Assembly (NCBI GenBank): GCA_040005235.1
Contig: JBDTZG010000056.1
Span: 1-34,613 of the forward strand
DNA from: Acidobacteriota bacterium
Lineage (GTDB): Bacteria; Acidobacteriota; Thermoanaerobaculia; Multivoradales; UBA5704
DNA length: 34,613 nucleotides
Direction of reading: 5' to 3'
In this document: one piece after another, positions 30,701-34,613 of the stretch
Layout: the number at the start of each line of letters is the position of its first letter
How positions within the stretch are numbered: the stretch's first letter is position 1
Notes under the pieces: generated by a model
Told to the model about the DNA's origin: nothing
The model's input: only the letters and a program-made list of their open reading frames with translations
Database searches by the model: none
Made by a program: the position numbers and the translations under genes

Positions 30701-30885
30701 TGTTCCACCTGCTCGGGCGACAGGCCGGGCGCTTCGGTCTGGATCGACGCCTCCGGCGGCACGAACTCCGGAAACACGTCGAGCGGCGCCCTCCGCGCGA
30801 CCCCGGAGCCGAGCAACAGCCCGAGCAGGGTGAGAGCCGCGACCGCGCCCCGGAATCGGAGGCTCCATTCGACCAGCTTGCCCAC
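27793..30885 (-). CDS. CusA/CzcA-type (HME) RND efflux permease
   Basis: PLDVFPEF, LVDDAIIDVENI, ERLVPILMT and GHEIEGPMAVAVLGGL motifs; 1030 aa. Confidence 0.93.
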   Translation of the reverse strand: MGKLVEWSLRFRGAVAALTLLGLLLGSGVARRAPLDVFPEFVPPEASIQTEAPGLSPEQVEQLVTRPVEAAVNGAPGLASLRSESIPGLSVVTLIFAEGSDVQAARQGVAERLASLSGSLPAGIPAPKVSPLVSSTMDLLKIGLVSEGVDTVDPFALRDLADWTLKPRLLAVPGVARLTVFGGSVRQIQILPDFDRMAAYGLVLSDLAGAARGALALRGAGFVDLAAQRVLISTPTPSPDPEVLGATVVAVRSGVAIHLSDVSKVVLGEALKVGDARIQGRAGVLLTISGQYGANTLATTQGVEAALAELTPALTARGIKVYPALHRPANFIERALSDLGGALGIGALMILAILMLFLRDPRSVLISFLTIPLSLLAAVAVLTHFGQTLNTMTLGGFAVALGVLVDDAIIDVENILRRLRENLRLAEPRPRLAVIRDASLEIRGAVLYATLVVLIAFLPVLLATGVQGRFLRPLAMAFALAVLASLAVAFTVTPALCALLLPERQKLSHPRWLAALAKAHGSSLTFAERHFGLSGAALVVALLAALAWLPALGGGELLPAFREGHFVLQVSSRIPGTSLAEMLGMGERLSRDLLKLPFVATVEQQVGRAELGEDTWGPHRSELHLELKAGSKLDETKVQEKLREVLATFPGVRGEVLTFLGDRISESLTGETAQVVVLVFGDRLDDLDLAAGAVAGTLSTLPGVVDLQLKKESGTPMLSVKLDPRALSTYGLRTDDALDAIATAYAGTNVGETFDGARTIEAVILLPAEQRGRLDALSSLWISGPTGRVPLSRVATIAMADGRASIVHEGGRRRVAVTFNVEGQPFTQVVGAAKTKLAALHLPAGVELSFAGAAETESLARRELLLDTALAVGLVMLVLFLAFRRRTYPWLVLAGLPFCLIGSILAVGLSGVGLSLGALVGLVTVFGIGARNSILLLAHFEHLVDQEGAPWDRETLRRGTAERLVPILMTALVTGLGLVPLAIGLHRPGHEIEGPMAVAVLGGLATSTLLNLILMPELAWRFGGRTSAPK

Positions 30886-30888
30886 GGT

Positions 30889-31956
30889 TCAGTCGTCCTC
30901 TTCGCCGCCCGCCGCGGCGCCCATCTCGTGAGCGAGCAGCAGCCCCGCGCCCTCTACGACGACTTTTTCGCCCGCGGTAAATCCGCTCGGGGCAAAGTAG
31001 CCGCTCGCCGCGGCTCCCGGAGCGCCCGCGGAACTTGCGGCCCCTTCCGGCAGGGCGACCGGCCGGCGGACGAAGCGGCTGGACTTGCCGCCCGGTGAGC
31101 CGCCGCCGATCTCGATGAAACACCAGGCGCCGCCGCCCGAGAGCACGATCGCGCTTTCGGGGATCGTGACCCCCTGTTGCACGTGGGAGAGATCGGCCGT
31201 CGCGCGCAAGCGCTCGCCGATTTGAGGGAGGGCGCCGCCGGTGATCAGGGTGAAGAACGCCGGTCCAGGCAGGGCGGGGTCCTCCGGCGCGGGCCAGATC
31301 GCCCGGACCGCCGGAGCGGTTCCGGCGGTTCGAACCGGTCCGGCGGTCAAGCTTGCCAGATGAAGCGTCGGCGTGCGCGAGGGAAGCACCGTGCCGAGCG
31401 GAAACTGCACTCTGGCGAGCGCCGCCTGGCCCGAGGCGAGCCGGTCGAGCCAGGCGCGGCGCGAACCTTCGCCCGCAAACGGCGAGCCCCCGGCGCGCGG
31501 CCCCCATTCGAGCGCCAGCCGCCGCTCCAGCCGCTCGACCTGGCCGTCGTCCGCCGCGGCTTGCCGCCGCGCCGCTTCGACAACCGCGAGCGAAACGCTC
31601 ACCTGGTCGGCGTAGAGCGCCTCCGCCCGAGTGAGGCCGGCGTGGCTCGCGACCGCGGCGACCCGCGCCGCCCCCAAGTCCGAGTCGACCTCGCCGAGGG
31701 CCGCGACCGACACGACGGTGGCAAACCCCTCCGTTCGCCCCTGCCGCTCCGCCGGTCGCAGCTCCTCGACCGCGATCCCCAGCCGCTCCCGATCGGCCGG
31801 GGTCACCACCACCCCCTCCGCCTTCACCTCCGGAACATTCTTGGTGTCCTGGGAATCCCTGCCGTCCTTCGGGTCCGTTGAATCCCCTTTCGAGCCGGCG
31901 CAACCCACCGCCCCCGCCAAGACCACGATCGCCAACCCGCTTGCCAGTCTTCTCAT
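30889..31956 (-). CDS. RND periplasmic adaptor (membrane fusion protein), lipoprotein
   Basis: MRRLASGLAIVVLAGAVGC lipobox; IPESAIV...F.RRPV...GEKVVVEGAGLL; ATGA overlap with the TolC gene. Confidence 0.85.
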   Translation of the reverse strand: MRRLASGLAIVVLAGAVGCAGSKGDSTDPKDGRDSQDTKNVPEVKAEGVVVTPADRERLGIAVEELRPAERQGRTEGFATVVSVAALGEVDSDLGAARVAAVASHAGLTRAEALYADQVSVSLAVVEAARRQAAADDGQVERLERRLALEWGPRAGGSPFAGEGSRRAWLDRLASGQAALARVQFPLGTVLPSRTPTLHLASLTAGPVRTAGTAPAVRAIWPAPEDPALPGPAFFTLITGGALPQIGERLRATADLSHVQQGVTIPESAIVLSGGGAWCFIEIGGGSPGGKSSRFVRRPVALPEGAASSAGAPGAAASGYFAPSGFTAGEKVVVEGAGLLLAHEMGAAAGGEEDD

Positions 31957-33380
31957 AGTTTCGACTCCGGCCAGACCGGACGTTCTACGCCCTGTTCGAG
32001 CGCCGAGAGCGCCTCCACCGCCGCGCGTCGGACCGCGAACGCGGCGCGCCGACTTTCCAGCTCGACCAGCCTCGCGGAGAGCACGTCCCCCCGATCGGCG
32101 GCGCCAAGATCGCGGCGGTGCTCGGCGTTGGTGATCATGGCGCCGCGGTCGGCTCGCGCGGCTTCCGCCCGTTCGAGCGCCGCGCGCACCGCGGCGTAAC
32201 GCTCGATCGCGCCGGAGGTTTCTGCAAGCGCTTGAGCCTGCACCTGCTCGACTTTGGCTCCCGAGGCGTTCACCAGGGCGGTCGCCCGCTCGACGCCCGC
32301 TCGCGCCGCCGCGCCGCGCGGCAAGGTGAGCCCGACCCCGAGCACCAGCTTGCGGTCGCCCCGGTCGTAGGTGAGGCCGGGGCCGAACGTCCAATCGGGA
32401 AACTGCTTCGCCACCTCGGCGCGCAGGTCCACGACCGCCGCGGCGTACTCGGAAAAAGCCCGGTGCAGGTCGAGCCGATCGAGCACCGCCCGCTCGCGGA
32501 GGGCGTCCGCCGCCTCTGCCGCAAACGGCTCGGGGAGCGCGTCGAGATCGGGTGTTGAGAAGCGCACGTTCTGGACGGCCGCGGGCGCCAGGCCGAGCGA
32601 GGCGGCGAGCCGATTTTCGGCCGCCGGGATTTCGATCCGCGCCAGCTCCGCCTGCCCGGCCACCCGGGCGAGATCGGCCTCGGCGGTCGCGAGATCCGGC
32701 CGCGACGCGGCGCCGAGCGTCAGTTGGGTGCGCAGCCAGGCGAGGAAATCCGTGCGCAGCGCAAGCTCTTGTTCCGCAATCGCGCTCTCGCCCCGGGCGA
32801 GCTCGACATCGAGCAGCGCCTTGCGCACCTCGCCGCGCACTTTCCAGATCGCGGTGGCCAGATCGGCCGCGGCGATCGCCGTCTCGGCCTCCGCCCGTTC
32901 GGTGCGGATCTGCCGCTTGCCGTGACTTTCAAACATCCGGCTGAGCGCCAGAGCGATCGTCCACGGATTCAGGCCGCCGAGCGCGGAGGTCACCAGCTCG
33001 GAGGTGAGCGAAAGAGAGATCGGCGGTCTGGCCGCCGCCACTTTTTCTCCCGCCCGCGCCGCATCGAGCGCGGCACGGGCGGCGGTCACCTCGCCACGGA
33101 GCTGCCAGGCGGCGACCGTGAGCGCGTCGAGATCCCAAGCACCCTCCGGTGACGGCGTCGAAAGCCCCGCCGCCGCGAAAGCCTGTTCTACCCCTAAGTC
33201 GCTCAGGCGCCGTTCGGCCAAGCGCGCGGCGGTCGCCGCCGGATCGAGCGGCGGAACCGGAGAGGGCGGCGGGGTGGTGACCGAGGCGCAGCCGAGCGCC
33301 CCCGCAAAAAGCAGGGTCGCGATAGCCGTCGCGAGGCGCAATGAGACGAAGGTGCGCTTTGGGCTTCGGCTACAACTCAC
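31953..33380 (-). CDS. TolC/CzcC-family outer membrane efflux protein
   Basis: Lipobox LGC, amphipathic helical repeats and FPDWTFGPG motif; first gene of the RND operon. Confidence 0.88.
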   Translation of the reverse strand: MSCSRSPKRTFVSLRLATAIATLLFAGALGCASVTTPPPSPVPPLDPAATAARLAERRLSDLGVEQAFAAAGLSTPSPEGAWDLDALTVAAWQLRGEVTAARAALDAARAGEKVAAARPPISLSLTSELVTSALGGLNPWTIALALSRMFESHGKRQIRTERAEAETAIAAADLATAIWKVRGEVRKALLDVELARGESAIAEQELALRTDFLAWLRTQLTLGAASRPDLATAEADLARVAGQAELARIEIPAAENRLAASLGLAPAAVQNVRFSTPDLDALPEPFAAEAADALRERAVLDRLDLHRAFSEYAAAVVDLRAEVAKQFPDWTFGPGLTYDRGDRKLVLGVGLTLPRGAAARAGVERATALVNASGAKVEQVQAQALAETSGAIERYAAVRAALERAEAARADRGAMITNAEHRRDLGAADRGDVLSARLVELESRRAAFAVRRAAVEALSALEQGVERPVWPESKL

Positions 33381-33509
33381 GATGGCGGGGCAGGGCGGAA
33401 GTTCATCTTCCTAGACTATCCCGTCAGCTATGAGCGGAAGATGAACGCGACGGGCCACGGCGGGGGCGAGAACGCATAAACTTGCAACTCCACATCCCCG
33501 GGAGGCCCG

Positions 33510-33971
33510 ATGAAGCGCCAAGCGACCTATGAAGACTCGAATCTGATCCTCCATCTCTACGAGACGCGCCGCGAGGAGCGCCTGCGGCAGGCCCGCGCCT
33601 GGATGGTCTCGTCGTTTCACGTCCGGACCTACGCCGAATATGCGGCGCTCTGCCCGCCGGGTTCGGAGGAGAGCGCCTCGTTCCGGATGGTCGCGAGCTA
33701 TTGGGAGATGGCGGCATCCTTCGTCGCCAACGGCGTGCTCCATCCGGAGCTGTTCTTCCAGAGCAACCAGGAACTGCTGGTGGTCTGGGAGCGCATCCGC
33801 GACGTGGTCGCCGAGGCCAGGGAGCAGACCAAAAACCCGAACATGTACGCCAATCTGGAAAAGGTCGCCAAAGAGAACATCGCCTGGCTCGACCGGACCA
33901 ATCCAGGCTATTTCGCCGCCTTCTCCGAGCGGATCCGGACCCGGCCGGCCGCCCCCGAAGTCAAAGCGTAG
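33510..33971 (+). CDS. DUF4760-like hypothetical protein
   Basis: LILHLYETRREERLRQARAW...FRMVASYWEMAASFV..GVL..ELF; GGAGG RBS. Confidence 0.7.
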   Translation: MKRQATYEDSNLILHLYETRREERLRQARAWMVSSFHVRTYAEYAALCPPGSEESASFRMVASYWEMAASFVANGVLHPELFFQSNQELLVVWERIRDVVAEAREQTKNPNMYANLEKVAKENIAWLDRTNPGYFAAFSERIRTRPAAPEVKA

Positions 33972-34021
33972 CGCGCGCGTCGTCCGAAACCTCGGCGGTG
34001 ACCACGAACACCAGGAGTGGA

Positions 34022-34141
34022 CCCAGGCCGTTGGCCTGGGCTCACGGGAACACGGCCCTTCAGGCCGTAAAAGAGCTCTACGCCGGGTGTTTTTTGCGGC
34101 CCGAAGGGTCGCGTTTCGTTAGCCCAGGCCACCGGCCTGGG
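34022..34141. repeat. Inverted pair of about 50-bp palindromic elements (second REP/REPIN-like family)
   Basis: Arms 34022-34072 and 34092-34141 are near reverse complements; each carries CCCAGGCCnnnGGCCTGGG and GGCCCTTCnGGCC-like hairpins. Confidence 0.75.
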
Positions 34142-34613
34142 AAGGATCGGCCATCCGCGCACGAATCGCCTCCACCTCCGCCGCGTGCTTCTCGGCATCC
34201 GCGTGCCCAAGCTCCCGCTCGAAATCGACGCAGACCTGCATCAACTCGACCGCCCGGGCAAGCTCGCCCAGCGTCTCGTACACGAGCCCCAGATTCCACG
34301 AAGTGATCCCTTCGCCGAGCCGATCGCCGATCTCGCGGGTGATGGCGAGAACCTGCTCGAAGTACTCGATCGCGCGCCGAGTCTCGCCGAGGGCGGCGTA
34401 GGCGATACCGAGGTTTCCGAGGGCGTTCCCCTCGCCACGCCGATCGCCGATCTCGCGGAGCACAGCGCGACACTCTTCGTAGTGCTCGATCGCGCGCTGA
34501 GTTTCGCCGAGGTCGGCGTAGGCGTTGCCGAGGTTTCCGAGGGCGTTCCCCTCGCCGCGCCGATCGCCGATCTCGCGGGTGATGGCGAGAACCTGCTCGA
34601 AGTACTCGATCGC
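34119..34613 (-). CDS. Tetratricopeptide repeat protein, C-terminal part (5' end outside window)
   Basis: 40-aa repeats AIEYFEQVLAITREIGDRRGEGNALGNLG; the frame is open to the window edge. Confidence 0.9.
   Translation of the reverse strand, partial: AIEYFEQVLAITREIGDRRGEGNALGNLGNAYADLGETQRAIEHYEECRAVLREIGDRRGEGNALGNLGIAYAALGETRRAIEYFEQVLAITREIGDRLGEGITSWNLGLVYETLGELARAVELMQVCVDFERELGHADAEKHAAEVEAIRARMADPSQAGGLG

Noticed and set aside
28679-31903. 1074-aa minus-strand alternative-frame ORF
   Set aside because: Arg/Gly/Ala-rich off-frame shadow of the MFP and RND genes.

Overview
A high-GC bacterial chromosomal window. An ADOP-type permease remnant and a DUF4760-like gene suggest Acidobacteriota; this is inference. 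Ordinary genes: lemA plus an M48 peptidase, a tandem USP, an M23 peptidase-secA operon, a cNMP-PilZ protein, a TPM protein, an M36 fungalysin, a Phi-1/EXORDIUM-like secreted protein, MATE plus DUF2239, a serine hydrolase, a CusA/CzcA-type RND tripartite pump and a partial TPR gene. The accessory stretch at about 9-24 kb holds an intact RecQ-PRTase helicase plus DprA-like pair (RqlH/RqlI-like, related to ShosTA) with an uncharacterised alpha/beta-hydrolase 19 bp upstream. The same stretch holds about eight deletion-scarred gene remnants, including two toxin-antitoxin pairs whose toxins are internally deleted. Non-coding structure includes a GTAG-type REP mosaic at the window start with a further copy at 27.7 kb, a 6 x 42-bp self-palindromic tandem array, a second inverted-repeat family at 34.0 kb, and twin 18-bp palindromic operators over the MATE-DUF2239 promoter, suggesting DUF2239 is an RHH-type autoregulator. 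No rRNA, tRNA, CRISPR, integrase or transposase was seen. All family assignments come from motif recognition by eye, not database searches.
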